Shown here: positions 53,155 to 63,302 of the stretch, piece after piece
How positions within the stretch are numbered: position 1 is the stretch's first letter
How the letters are laid out: each line of letters opens with the position of its first letter
Assembly (NCBI RefSeq): GCF_058153355.1
Contig: NZ_CM177019.1
Direction: 5' to 3' (one strand)
DNA length: 64,000 nucleotides
Notes under the pieces: generated by a model
Database searches by the model: none
What the model saw: only the letters and a program-made list of their open reading frames with translations
What the model was told of the DNA's origin: nothing
Made by a program: the position numbers and the translations under genes

Positions 53155-53919
53155 TCAGAAATTAAATTTGATGGAGTAGATTATCGCATCCTGGTAAAAA
53201 TCTTCGCCCAGTTTGTCATCCGCATAACGATACTGAATCCCTGTGGTGATGTGTGAAGTTGCATTCCACCAAAGTGCGACGGCACCGTTCAGACCTTCTT
53301 TGCCGCCATTACCTGCCGCGTAGGTGGCATCACGATCAAACTCGTACTCGTTCCAGTTGGTGAGGGTGAATTTCTCACTGCCCAGCATAAAGCTGTAACC
53401 TGCAACCCAACCGGCGACATAACCGTTATCGCCGGTATAATAGGTTTGGTCTGTATAGCGTTTTGCAAAGAACGGTTTGAACCACCAACCGCTGCCGGTG
53501 AAATTGTAGCCGATCCCGTAAAGGAACATATCGTCATGGAAATTCACACGATTCGCAGAACCGTAGGTGCCATACGCATGCAAGTAGAGATTAAATCCGG
53601 TGTCACCCAGGTAAATACGGTTGGTATTTTTAAATGTATAACGCTGCTCGCTACCCTGTTTATCATGACGATCATTATAAAAGTTTTCCCAGTCGAAGAA
53701 CCCGTACATTTCTCCCCAACTAAAGTTAGCGCCGCCTTCCAGTTCCAGATATCCAAAATCATCTTTGTGTGATTTGGTCGACGATTTCTCAGTGGTTCTG
53801 CTAGTCCAGTCAAGATAATGAATACCTATATCAGCAAAACCGCCTTTAAATTCTGCATGGGATACTGCTGGTATCGCCAATACAGAAGAGAGTGTCAGAG
53901 TAAAAAGATGTTTTTTCAT
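53155..53919 (-). CDS. yfeN: outer-membrane beta-barrel protein YfeN
   Basis: 254-aa ORF with signal peptide, aromatic-rich, C-terminal F. Confidence 0.85.
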   Translation of the reverse strand: MKKHLFTLTLSSVLAIPAVSHAEFKGGFADIGIHYLDWTSRTTEKSSTKSHKDDFGYLELEGGANFSWGEMYGFFDWENFYNDRHDKQGSEQRYTFKNTNRIYLGDTGFNLYLHAYGTYGSANRVNFHDDMFLYGIGYNFTGSGWWFKPFFAKRYTDQTYYTGDNGYVAGWVAGYSFMLGSEKFTLTNWNEYEFDRDATYAAGNGGKEGLNGAVALWWNATSHITTGIQYRYADDKLGEDFYQDAIIYSIKFNF

Positions 53920-54167
53920 AGCATAATTCCCTATGCCGATCGTTATTAGTTGATTGCTTAATAAAAAGGTTGATTAAAAGCGGCATATTGTTAATGCAAG
54001 GGAAAGGAGAGTACCAATACAGTTTTTTCAGCCTATTAATAGTGAAAAAATATAAATATATCGATATCGAATAACTATCGGATACATGAAAAAAGTGTAT
54101 TGGTATGAGGTAGGGCAATCTCGTTATAAAAAGGCGTTAGATTCCACCCTACAAAAAAAGGATATAT

Positions 54168-55001
54168 ATGTATCAGGCTCAGTTTTCTCATAACCCACTG
54201 TATTGCGTAGATATTATCAAGACTTATAAACCTGATTTCACGCCACGAGTGGCCTTTATTTTAGGTTCCGGGCTGGGCGCGCTGGCCGATCAGATTGAGA
54301 ACGCGGTCGCAATTTCCTACGAAAAGCTGCCTGGGTTCCCGGTAAGTACCGTACACGGTCATGCGGGTGAGCTGGTGCTGGGTTATCTCCAGGGGGTGCC
54401 AGTGGCGTGCATGAAAGGTCGCGGACATTTCTACGAAGGTCGTGGGATGACCATCATGACGGATGCAATCCGTACCTTTAAGTTGCTGGGCTGCGAGTTG
54501 CTGTTCTGCACCAATGCGGCTGGCTCACTGCGTCCTGAAGTGGGGGCCGGCAGTCTGGTCGCATTGAAAGATCACATCAACACCATGCCGGGAACGCCGA
54601 TGGTGGGTCTTAATGATGAACGTTTTGGTGAGCGCTTCTTCTCGCTGGCGAATGCCTACGATGCGGAATACCGCGCACTGTTACAAAAAGTGGCGAAAGA
54701 AGAGGGGTTCCCTCTGACGGAGGGCGTGTTCGTCTCGTATCCGGGGCCGAATTTCGAGACTGCGGCGGAAATTCGCATGATGCAAATTATTGGTGGGGAT
54801 GTTGTTGGTATGTCTGTGGTGCCTGAGGTTATTTCAGCTCGCCATTGCGAACTTAAAGTCGTTGCGGTCTCTGCGATTACCAACATGGCGTAAGGTCTGA
54901 GTGACGTGAAGCTTTCTCATGCCCAAACGCTGGCAGCAGCGGAACTCTCAAAGCAAAACTTTATTAATCTTATTTGCGGCTTTCTGCGCAAAATTGCCTG
55001 A
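54168..55001 (+). pseudogene. xapA: xanthosine phosphorylase (PNP-II) interrupted by an in-frame TAA at 54891-54893
   Basis: Track ORF stops after 241 codons (...AITNMA*); the same frame continues after the stop as GLSDVKLSHAQTLAAAELSKQNFINLICGFLRKIA* to a second stop at 54999-55001; combined length 277 codons equals full-length XapA. Confidence 0.75.
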
Positions 55002-55061
55002 GTAAAACAACAATAAACGGCCTCACTGAGTGAGGCCATATGATGCGACAAGGAAACGATT

Positions 55062-56318
55062 ATGAGCATCGCTTTGCGCTTAAAGGTAATGTCCTTTTTG
55101 CAATATTTTATCTGGGGGAGCTGGCTGGTTACCCTCGGTTCTTACATGATTAATACCCTTCATTTCACCGGCGCTAATGTTGGCATGGTTTACAGTTCCA
55201 AAGGGATCGCCGCGATTATTATGCCTGGTATAATGGGGATCATCGCAGACAAATGGCTGCGTGCAGAACGTGCATACATGCTGTGTCACCTGGTGTGTGC
55301 AGGCGTACTTTTTTATGCGGCATCCGTAACTGATCCGGATATGATGTTTTGGGTGATGTTAGTTAATGCGATGGCGTTTATGCCGACTATTGCGTTATCG
55401 AACAGCGTCTCTTATTCCTGTCTTGCCCAGGCAGGGCTTGACCCGGTGACCGCTTTCCCGCCCATTCGCGTTTTTGGTACGGTGGGGTTCATTGTCGCCA
55501 TGTGGGCAGTAAGCCTGCTGCATCTGGAATTGAGTAGTCTGCAACTGTATATCGCGTCCGGTGCGTCATTGCTGCTGTCGGCTTATGCGCTGACTTTGCC
55601 GAAGATTCCGGTTGCGGAGAAAAAAGCGACTACATCGCTTGCCAGCAAGCTGGGTCTGGATGCCTTCGTGCTGTTTAAAAATCCACGCATGGCTATCTTT
55701 TTCCTCTTCGCCATGATGCTGGGTGCGGTGCTGCAAATTACCAACGTTTTTGGCAACCCGTTCCTGCATGATTTCGCCCGTAATCCTGAGTTTGCTGATA
55801 GCTTCGTGGTGAAATATCCGTCCATTTTACTGTCAGTTTCACAGATGGCTGAAGTCGGTTTCATTCTGACGATACCGTTCTTTTTGAAGCGTTTCGGTAT
55901 TAAAACCGTCATGCTGATGAGTATGTTGGCGTGGACGCTGCGCTTTGGCTTCTTTGCCTATGGCGATCCATCACCAACCGGGTTTATTTTGCTGTTGCTG
56001 TCGATGATTGTTTACGGTTGTGCATTCGATTTCTTCAATATTTCTGGTTCGGTCTTTGTCGAACAGGAAGTTGATTCCAGCATTCGTGCCAGCGCCCAGG
56101 GCCTTTTTATGACGATGGTAAATGGCGTCGGCGCATGGGTTGGCTCGATTCTGAGCGGTATGGCAGTGGATTACTTCTCGGTGGATGGCGTAAAAGATTG
56201 GCATACCATTTGGCTGATGTTTGCAGGGTATGCTCTTTTCCTCGCAGTGATATTTTTCTTTGGGTTTAAATATAACCATGACCCTGAAAAGATAACGCAT
56301 CGTTCAGTTACACATTAA
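55062..56318 (+). CDS. xapB: xanthosine permease (MFS nucleoside:H+ symporter)
   Basis: 418-aa polytopic ORF; follows xapA. Confidence 0.92.
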   Translation: MSIALRLKVMSFLQYFIWGSWLVTLGSYMINTLHFTGANVGMVYSSKGIAAIIMPGIMGIIADKWLRAERAYMLCHLVCAGVLFYAASVTDPDMMFWVMLVNAMAFMPTIALSNSVSYSCLAQAGLDPVTAFPPIRVFGTVGFIVAMWAVSLLHLELSSLQLYIASGASLLLSAYALTLPKIPVAEKKATTSLASKLGLDAFVLFKNPRMAIFFLFAMMLGAVLQITNVFGNPFLHDFARNPEFADSFVVKYPSILLSVSQMAEVGFILTIPFFLKRFGIKTVMLMSMLAWTLRFGFFAYGDPSPTGFILLLLSMIVYGCAFDFFNISGSVFVEQEVDSSIRASAQGLFMTMVNGVGAWVGSILSGMAVDYFSVDGVKDWHTIWLMFAGYALFLAVIFFFGFKYNHDPEKITHRSVTH

Positions 56319-56370
56319 AAGGATTCGCAGCTCTGTTCCTTGGGGCTGCTTTTATGATAAAGGTTAATTA

Positions 56371-56529
56371 GTGAAAGATATTTTATTTTCTTCTGGCGTT
56401 GGTTTTGGCATTGGTGCTTTGTTTACAATCGTGCGATTACCTATTCCTGTTCCAAATGTATTGCCGGGTATATTATCCATCGTGTTTATGTATGTCGGAT
56501 ATCTGGTGGTGAAATACTTTATGCCATGA
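56371..56529 (+). CDS. possible small hydrophobic protein (52 codons, GTG start), not in the ORF track
   Basis: Own translation VKDILFSSGVGFGIGALFTIVRLPIPVPNVLPGILSIVFMYVGYLVVKYFMP*; single TM-like segment with small-xxx-small motifs; weak AAGG upstream. Confidence 0.3.
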   Translation: MKDILFSSGVGFGIGALFTIVRLPIPVPNVLPGILSIVFMYVGYLVVKYFMP

Positions 56530-56569
56530 TAATTTAATACGATGTATTTTTTATATGGAGCACTTAATT

Positions 56570-57454
56570 ATGGAGCGCGCATATAGAACAGATCTTAAGT
56601 TGCTCCGTTATTTTCTTGCCGTAGCGGAAGAGTTGCATTTTGGTCGCGCAGCAGCGCGTTTAAATATGTCTCAGCCTCCGCTCAGTATTCATATTAAAGA
56701 GCTGGAAAATCAACTCGGCACGCAGCTTTTTATTCGCCATTCGCGCAGCGTCGTACTGACACACGCGGGCAAAATCTTGATGGAAGAATCGCGTCGATTG
56801 CTGGTGAATGCAAATAATATATTGGCTCGGGTTGAACAAATAGGTCGGGGAGAAGCAGGGCGGATTGAACTCGGGGTTGTGGGAACGGCAATGTGGGGAC
56901 GGATGCGCCCGGTTATGCGGCGATTCCTTAGAGAAAATCCTAACGTTGAAGTTCTGTTTCGCGAAAAGATGCCCGCGATGCAAATGGCCTTGCTGGAACG
57001 CCGCGAACTTGATGCCGGGATCTGGCGAATGGCGACAGAACCACCGACTGGTTTTACCAGCTTACGGTTGCATGAATCGGCGTTTCTGGTGGCGATGCCT
57101 GAAGAGCATCATCTCTCATCATTTTCCACCGTCCCGCTGGAAGCGCTACGTGACGAGTATTTCGTTACAATGCCGCCCGTGTACACTGACTGGGATTTTT
57201 TGCAGCGAGTTTGCCAGCAGGTGGGATTTTCACCGGTTGTTATTCGCGAAGTTAATGAACCGCAAACGGTACTCGCCATGGTCAGTATGGGTATTGGTAT
57301 CACATTGATAGCGGACAGCTACGCGCAGATGAACTGGCCCGGTGTCATATTCCGTCCGCTCAAAGAACGCATCCCGGCAGACTTATATATTGTTTATGAA
57401 ACGCAGCAGGTGACGCCCGCGCTGGTTAAACTGCTGGCGGCGTTGGCGCAGTAG
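56570..57454 (+). CDS. xapR: LysR-family activator of xapAB
   Basis: MERAYRTDLKLLRYFLAVAEELHFGRAAARLNMSQPPLS...; 294 aa from internal Met. Confidence 0.9.
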   Translation: MERAYRTDLKLLRYFLAVAEELHFGRAAARLNMSQPPLSIHIKELENQLGTQLFIRHSRSVVLTHAGKILMEESRRLLVNANNILARVEQIGRGEAGRIELGVVGTAMWGRMRPVMRRFLRENPNVEVLFREKMPAMQMALLERRELDAGIWRMATEPPTGFTSLRLHESAFLVAMPEEHHLSSFSTVPLEALRDEYFVTMPPVYTDWDFLQRVCQQVGFSPVVIREVNEPQTVLAMVSMGIGITLIADSYAQMNWPGVIFRPLKERIPADLYIVYETQQVTPALVKLLAALAQ

Positions 57455-57534
57455 ATGAGAGGCACGGGAACTGCCGGACATAGTTGGTCTGATAAGCGAA
57501 GCGCATCAGGCAATTTCGCAAATTGCAGATAGCA

Positions 57535-57560
57535 AAAAAGCGCCTTTAGGGCGCTTTTTT
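57535..57560 (-). terminator. rho-independent terminator after the tRNA operon (bidirectional hairpin)
   Basis: aaaaaagcgcc-ttta-gggcgctttttt. Confidence 0.7.
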
Positions 57561-57564
57561 ACAT

Positions 57565-57640
57565 TGGTGGGTCGTGCAGGATTCGAACCTGCGACCAATT
57601 GATTAAAAGTCAACTGCTCTACCAACTGAGCTAACGACCC
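57565..57640 (-). tRNA. lysV: tRNA-Lys (anticodon UUU)
   Basis: Reverse complement is GGGTCGTTAGCTCAGTTGGTAGAGCAGTTGACTTTTAATCAATTGGTCGCAGGTTCGAATCCTGCACGACCCACCA; 76 nt with encoded CCA. Confidence 0.95.
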
Positions 57641-57644
57641 GAAG

Positions 57645-57720
57645 TGGTGGGTGATGACGGGATCGAACCGCCGACCCCCTCCTTGTAAGGGAGGTGCTCT
57701 CCCAGCTGAGCTAATCACCC
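57645..57720 (-). tRNA. valY: tRNA-Val (anticodon UAC)
   Basis: Reverse complement is GGGTGATTAGCTCAGCTGGGAGAGCACCTCCCTTACAAGGAGGGGGTCGGCGGTTCGATCCCGTCATCACCCACCA; gene symbol from remembered operon order. Confidence 0.93.
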
Positions 57721-57766
57721 ACTTCGGTACTTCACATTGTTACAAGAAATCTAGCTGGCGAGAAAG

Positions 57767-57842
57767 TGGTGGGTGATGACGGGATCGAACCGCCGACCCC
57801 CTCCTTGTAAGGGAGGTGCTCTCCCAGCTGAGCTAATCACCC
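57767..57842 (-). tRNA. valX: tRNA-Val (anticodon UAC)
   Basis: Identical 76-nt copy. Confidence 0.93.
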
Positions 57843-57886
57843 ACTTCTCAATTTCTTGCTACACGGCGGAGACTACATAAAGTAGT

Positions 57887-57962
57887 TGGTGGGTGATGAC
57901 GGGATCGAACCGCCGACCCCCTCCTTGTAAGGGAGGTGCTCTCCCAGCTGAGCTAATCACCC
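57887..57962 (-). tRNA. valU: tRNA-Val (anticodon UAC)
   Basis: Identical 76-nt copy; first gene of the operon. Confidence 0.93.
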
Positions 57963-57979
57963 CCGCTGTGTGGAGTCGC

Positions 57980-58007
57980 ATTATAGGGAGAGTTCAAAAT
58001 GAGTCAA
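57980..58007 (-). promoter_or_regulatory. sigma70 promoter of the Val-Lys tRNA operon
   Basis: Minus strand reads TTGACT - 16 nt - TATAAT, followed by GC-rich discriminator gcgactcc, ~18 nt upstream of valU. Confidence 0.6.
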
Positions 58008-58219
58008 CGCATTTTCTAAAGAAATTGTTCGTTCGTCGTAAATTTAAGCAAGATGATCGCAAAACAGACCGTGTTGCGCAATTTCTCAACGAAAACAATA
58101 ATGCATCATGTAGCAACCCGAACTACATTGAGGAATCAGGCGGGAGTGATAGAATATCGCCCACTCAATTTTCCAGGATTTGCCGGTTGTCGGCATCTTT
58201 CTAAACGTAAGGCCATTTC

Positions 58220-59635
58220 ATGAAAATCAAAACTCGCTTCGCGCCAAGCCCAACAGGCTATCTGCACGTTGGCGGCGCGCGTACTGCTCTTTACTCCTGG
58301 CTTTTTGCACGTAACCACGGCGGTGAGTTCGTGCTGCGTATTGAAGACACCGATCTTGAGCGTTCCACGCCGGAAGCTATCGAAGCCATTATGGATGGCA
58401 TGAACTGGCTGAGTCTGGAGTGGGATGAAGGTCCGTACTACCAGACCAAACGTTTTGATCGCTACAACGCGGTGATCGATCAGATGCTGGAAGAGGGCAC
58501 TGCCTATAAATGCTACTGCTCCAAAGAGCGTCTGGAAGCGCTGCGCGAAGAGCAAATGGCGAAAGGTGAGAAGCCGCGTTATGACGGTCGCTGCCGCCAC
58601 AGTCATGAGCATCACGCTGATGATGAGCCGTGTGTCGTACGTTTTGCTAACCCGCAGGAAGGTTCTGTTGTTTTTGACGATCAGATCCGTGGTCCGATCG
58701 AGTTCAGCAACCAGGAGCTGGATGATCTGATTATCCGCCGTACCGATGGTTCCCCAACCTATAACTTCTGTGTGGTTGTCGATGACTGGGATATGGAAAT
58801 CACCCACGTTATCCGTGGCGAAGACCATATCAACAACACACCGCGCCAGATTAACATTCTTAAGGCTCTGAAAGCGCCGGTACCGGTTTACGCGCACGTT
58901 TCTATGATCAACGGCGATGACGGTAAAAAACTGTCCAAACGTCACGGGGCGGTCAGCGTCATGCAGTATCGTGATGATGGTTATCTGCCTGAAGCACTGC
59001 TGAACTATCTGGTGCGTCTGGGCTGGTCCCACGGCGATCAGGAAATCTTCACTCGTGAAGAGATGATTAAATACTTCACTCTGAATGCCGTCAGCAAATC
59101 TGCCAGTGCGTTCAACACCGACAAGCTGCTGTGGCTGAACCATCACTACATTAACGCGCTGCCGCCGGAGTATGTTGCTACTCACTTACAATGGCACATT
59201 GAGCAGGAAAATATCGATACCCGTAACGGCCCGCAACTGGCTGATCTGGTAAAACTGCTGGGTGAACGCTGCAAGACGCTGAAAGAGATGGCTCAGAGCT
59301 GCCGTTATTTCTACGAAGATTTTGCTGAGTTCGATGCCGACGCCGCGAAAAAACATCTGCGTCCGGTAGCGCGTCAGCCGCTGGAAGTGGTTCGTGACAA
59401 ACTGGCCGCGATTACTGACTGGACCGCTGAAAACGTTCATCACGCTATTCAGGCGACGGCGGATGAGCTGGAAGTGGGTATGGGTAAAGTTGGTATGCCG
59501 CTGCGTGTCGCCGTAACCGGTGCGGGGCAGTCTCCGGCGCTGGATGTTACCGTTCACGCAATCGGTAAGACCCGCAGTATCGAGCGTATCAACAAAGCGC
59601 TGGCTTTTATTGCGGAACGCGAAAATCAGCAGTAA
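58220..59635 (+). CDS. gltX: glutamyl-tRNA synthetase
   Basis: 471-aa [48 protein letters not shown]... with HIGH-class motif and KLSKR. Confidence 0.95.
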   Translation: MKIKTRFAPSPTGYLHVGGARTALYSWLFARNHGGEFVLRIEDTDLERSTPEAIEAIMDGMNWLSLEWDEGPYYQTKRFDRYNAVIDQMLEEGTAYKCYCSKERLEALREEQMAKGEKPRYDGRCRHSHEHHADDEPCVVRFANPQEGSVVFDDQIRGPIEFSNQELDDLIIRRTDGSPTYNFCVVVDDWDMEITHVIRGEDHINNTPRQINILKALKAPVPVYAHVSMINGDDGKKLSKRHGAVSVMQYRDDGYLPEALLNYLVRLGWSHGDQEIFTREEMIKYFTLNAVSKSASAFNTDKLLWLNHHYINALPPEYVATHLQWHIEQENIDTRNGPQLADLVKLLGERCKTLKEMAQSCRYFYEDFAEFDADAAKKHLRPVARQPLEVVRDKLAAITDWTAENVHHAIQATADELEVGMGKVGMPLRVAVTGAGQSPALDVTVHAIGKTRSIERINKALAFIAERENQQ

Positions 59636-59686
59636 TTAGCGCATAAAAGATAAACGGCAGGAGAGATACCCCTGCCGTTTTTTTAT

Positions 59687-60079
59687 TTATGCTGATTCAT
59701 CAATGTCGAGACGAGCAAGAAAATTACGAATTCCTTCGCGTGACAAAAATTGCGCAACTTTTTCTTGCTCACTGTGAGTCATGTTGTCTATTGCGCTGAT
59801 GATTTGCCGATAAGCAGGAGTGCGAATACCCGGTGCGTATTCGGCAAGGGGTTCTTCGGCTTCCAGAAGCATCGGCGTGTTATGGAAGGCTGGCGTGTTC
59901 TGAATAAACTCGCAAACTTGCGTATCGACCAGAATAAGTCTGGCACGACCGCCTTTCACGCCGGGAAATTTCTCCGTTTTCCAGCCTTTTTCTCTGATCC
60001 AACGGTTAACAGTTTGTTTAGCCACACCGAGGCATTCAGCCAGTTCTTCGGTGGTCATTTTATTGCGTAATCTTTTCAT
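59687..60079 (-). CDS. yfeD: putative HTH DNA-binding protein YfeD
   Basis: 130-aa ORF; paralogous to the adjacent ORF. Confidence 0.8.
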   Translation of the reverse strand: MKRLRNKMTTEELAECLGVAKQTVNRWIREKGWKTEKFPGVKGGRARLILVDTQVCEFIQNTPAFHNTPMLLEAEEPLAEYAPGIRTPAYRQIISAIDNMTHSEQEKVAQFLSREGIRNFLARLDIDESA

Positions 60080-60080
60080 A

Positions 60081-60440
60081 TTATTTGCTATCGCGAATCC
60101 CTAAGCGTTGTAATAACCCGATAATCCCTTCCCGCAGAAGCAAGGATGTAAACTGTTTTTGTTCAACTGGCGTCATCTCTTTCGCCAGTGTCACCAGTAA
60201 CACTTCAAGCGGCGTATCACCAGACAGGGCAGGTGCTTCTCCCTGACCTTCCGGACGTTCAGCATTGCGAATATATTCACGAACCTGTTCATTGACGTGA
60301 ACCAGTCTGGCTTTGCCACCCTGTACGCCTGGTTTTGGTGACGTCGTCCAGCCTTCCTTGCGTACCCATTTATTAATGGTCTGACGGCTATAACCGGTCA
60401 GTCTGGCAAGTTCATCTGGCGTCATCCTCTCCTTGAACAT
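60081..60440 (-). CDS. yfeC: putative HTH DNA-binding protein YfeC
   Basis: 119-aa ORF; start may be the internal Met at 60425. Confidence 0.78.
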   Translation of the reverse strand: MFKERMTPDELARLTGYSRQTINKWVRKEGWTTSPKPGVQGGKARLVHVNEQVREYIRNAERPEGQGEAPALSGDTPLEVLLVTLAKEMTPVEQKQFTSLLLREGIIGLLQRLGIRDSK

Positions 60441-60599
60441 AACAATTCCCTGAATGTATGTAGGTCTATTAGCGGTTCATTTTATAACACCACTTTACAG
60501 GAAACCGTGACATGAATAACTACTGAATGCGAGCGGTTTTCCAAAATTGTTCATTTGCCTGATTTTTCAGCGATTGAAACTACACGCTGCAATTTGCCG

Positions 60600-60628
60600 T
60601 TGACACATTCGGGCGGAATTCATATGAT
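60600..60628 (+). promoter_or_regulatory. sigma70 promoter of the tRNA-Ala operon
   Basis: TTGACA (60600-60605) - 17 nt - TATGAT (60623-60628), followed by GC-rich discriminator gccgccc. Confidence 0.6.
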
Positions 60629-60659
60629 GCCGCCCGTCAACTCGACAAGCTTTACGTGA

Positions 60660-60735
<76 letters not shown>

Positions 60736-60774
60736 AAATTTTGCACCCAGCAAATTTGGTACGTAAACGACTCG

Positions 60775-60850
<76 letters not shown>

Positions 60851-60857
60851 AAATTTC

Positions 60858-60886
60858 AAACCCTCGCTGTAAAGCGGGGGTTTTTT
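60858..60886 (+). terminator. rho-independent terminator after the tRNA-Ala pair
   Basis: ccctcgct-gtaaa-gcggggg followed by tttttt. Confidence 0.6.
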
Positions 60887-61058
60887 GTCTCTGCTTTTTG
60901 CCGCTTTTGTAATACAGTCTACGTCCGGGTCAGCGCCGCCTGGTGAAAGCATCATTGGATGAAAAATCGGCAACAGGCTGGCCTCTGTTTGCTTCGCGAT
61001 GCGAATAAACTTATTATTTGTGTGCCTGAAAACCCCGATCAGTGAGAGTTGTGTACTC

Positions 61059-63248
61059 ATGTTTGTGGAGCATAACCTGATAAAAAATATCAAGATATTC
61101 ACACTAGCGTTTACGCTCACCGTGGTACTTATTCAGCTATCCCGTTTTATTTCGCCACTTGCCGTTATCCATTCCAATTATATCTTTCTGGCGTGGATGC
61201 CACTGTGCGTAATGCTGTCAATCTTGTTTATCTTTGGCTGGCGCGGTGTCGTTCCCGTTTTATGCGGGATGTTTTGCACCAATCTGTGGAACTTTCATCT
61301 CTCTTTTTTACAGACCGCGGTCATGATCGGCAGCCAGGCGTTTGCAGTCCTGTGTGCCTGTGCAATATTACGCTGGCAATTGGGAACGCGTTGGCGTTAT
61401 GGTTTGACCAGCCGATACGTCTGGCAACGTCTCTTCTGGCTTGGTTTGGTGGCACCGATTGGCATCAAATGCAGCATGTATTTTGTGGGGAATTTCTTTG
61501 ATTTTCCGCTAAAGATATCTACCTTTTTCGGCGATGCGGATGCCATTTTCACAGTCGTTGATTTACTAAGCCTTTTCACCGCTGTGCTGATTTACAACAT
61601 GCTTTTCTACTATCTCACTCGCATGATTGTAAGTCCCCACTTTGCGCAGATATTGTGGCGCAGGGATATCGCTCCGTCGTTGGGCAAAGAGAAACGCGCA
61701 TTTACCTTAAGCTGGCTGGCAGCGTTAAGCGTGCTGCTACTTCTGTTGTGCACACCTTATGAAAACGACTTTATTGCCGGTTACCTGGTACCCGTTTTCT
61801 TCATCATCTTTACCCTCGGGGTCGGTAAGCTTCGCTATCCGTTTTTAAATCTCACTTGGGCTGTTTCAACGCTTTGCCTGCTGAATTACAACCAGAACTT
61901 TTTGCAAGGGGTACTAACCGAATATTCGCTGGCATTTATTCTCGCGGTGCTGATTTCCTTTAGTGTTTGCCTGCTCTATATGGTGCGCATTTATCATCGT
62001 AGTGAATGGCTTAACCGACGCTGGCATTTGCAGGCGCTGACCGATCCGTTAACGCTCTTACCCAACTTTCGCGCGTTGGAACAAGCACCAGAGCAAGAGG
62101 CTGGCAAGAGTTTTTGCTGCCTGCGTATTGATAACCTTGAGTTTATGAGTCGTCATTACGGCTTAATGATGCGCGTTCACTGTATCCGCTCAATTTACCG
62201 TACGTTAATGCCGCTGATGCAGGAAAACGAAAAGTTGTATCAATTGCCGGGGAGTGAACTGCTATTAGTACTGAGCGGGCCGGAAACGGAAGGGCGACTC
62301 CAGCATATGGTTAACATCCTGAATAGTCGGCAAATTCACTGGAACAATACCGGGCTGGATATGGGCTATGGTGCCGCCTGGGGACATTTTGATGGAAATC
62401 AGGAAACCCTGCAACCCTTGTTGGGGCAGTTAAGCTGGCTGGCGGAGCAATCCTGCGCACATCATCATGTGCTGGCGCTGGATAGCAGAGAGGAGATGGT
62501 TTCCGGGCAAACCACTAAACAGGTGCTATTGCTGAATACCATTCGTACTGCATTAGATCAGGGCGATTTGCTGCTCTACGCCCAGCCAATTCGCAACAAA
62601 GAGGGTGAAGGTTATGATGAGATCCTCGCGCGACTGAAATATGACGGCGGCATTATGACCCCGGATAAGTTTCTGCCCCTTATTGCTCAGTTTAACCTTA
62701 GCGCGCGTTTTGATTTGCAAGTGCTGGAATCCCTGTTGAAGTGGCTGGCAACACATCCTTGCGACAAAAAAGGCCCGCGCTTTTCAGTCAATTTAATGCC
62801 GCTCACGCTGCTGCAAAAGAATATTGCCGGGCGGATTATTCGTCTGTTTAAGCGTTATCACATCTCCCCGCAGGCGGTCATTCTCGAGATCACCGAGGAG
62901 CAGGCATTTTCTAACGCAGAAAGCAGCATGTACAACATCGAGCAGCTGCATAAGTTTGGTTTCCGGATTGCGATTGATGACTTTGGCACCGGATATGCCA
63001 ACTACGAACGGTTAAAGCGTTTGCAGGCTGATATCATCAAAATTGATGGCGTCTTTGTGAAAGATATCGTCACGAACACGCTGGATGCGATGATTGTGAG
63101 ATCAATTACCGATCTGGCGAAAGCGAAGTCATTGAGTGTGGTCGCGGAGTTTGTCGAGACGCCACAGCAGCAGGCGCTATTGCATAAGCTCGGGGTGCAA
63201 TATCTGCAAGGGTATTTGATTGGTCGCCCTCAGCCATTAGCTGATTAA
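61059..63248 (+). CDS. pdeA: membrane-anchored c-di-GMP phosphodiesterase (degenerate GGDEF-like region plus EAL domain)
   Basis: MFVEHNLIKNIKIF... hydrophobic N-terminal half and C-terminal EAL-type domain; internal Met of track ORF 60999..63248 by synteny with K-12 yfeA. Confidence 0.85.
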   Translation: MFVEHNLIKNIKIFTLAFTLTVVLIQLSRFISPLAVIHSNYIFLAWMPLCVMLSILFIFGWRGVVPVLCGMFCTNLWNFHLSFLQTAVMIGSQAFAVLCACAILRWQLGTRWRYGLTSRYVWQRLFWLGLVAPIGIKCSMYFVGNFFDFPLKISTFFGDADAIFTVVDLLSLFTAVLIYNMLFYYLTRMIVSPHFAQILWRRDIAPSLGKEKRAFTLSWLAALSVLLLLLCTPYENDFIAGYLVPVFFIIFTLGVGKLRYPFLNLTWAVSTLCLLNYNQNFLQGVLTEYSLAFILAVLISFSVCLLYMVRIYHRSEWLNRRWHLQALTDPLTLLPNFRALEQAPEQEAGKSFCCLRIDNLEFMSRHYGLMMRVHCIRSIYRTLMPLMQENEKLYQLPGSELLLVLSGPETEGRLQHMVNILNSRQIHWNNTGLDMGYGAAWGHFDGNQETLQPLLGQLSWLAEQSCAHHHVLALDSREEMVSGQTTKQVLLLNTIRTALDQGDLLLYAQPIRNKEGEGYDEILARLKYDGGIMTPDKFLPLIAQFNLSARFDLQVLESLLKWLATHPCDKKGPRFSVNLMPLTLLQKNIAGRIIRLFKRYHISPQAVILEITEEQAFSNAESSMYNIEQLHKFGFRIAIDDFGTGYANYERLKRLQADIIKIDGVFVKDIVTNTLDAMIVRSITDLAKAKSLSVVAEFVETPQQQALLHKLGVQYLQGYLIGRPQPLAD

Positions 63249-63255
63249 CAGGCGT

Positions 63256-63286
63256 AAAAAAGCCGGGGAATTATCCCCGGCTTTTT
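63256..63286. terminator. bidirectional rho-independent terminator between pdeA and nupC
   Basis: aaaaaagccgggg-aatta-tccccggcttttt. Confidence 0.7.
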
Positions 63287-63302
63287 AATTAATGAATTGG
63301 AC

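Noticed and set aside
58136-59185. 349-aa minus-strand ORF overlapping gltX
   Set aside because: Antisense to glutamyl-tRNA synthetase; no independent support.
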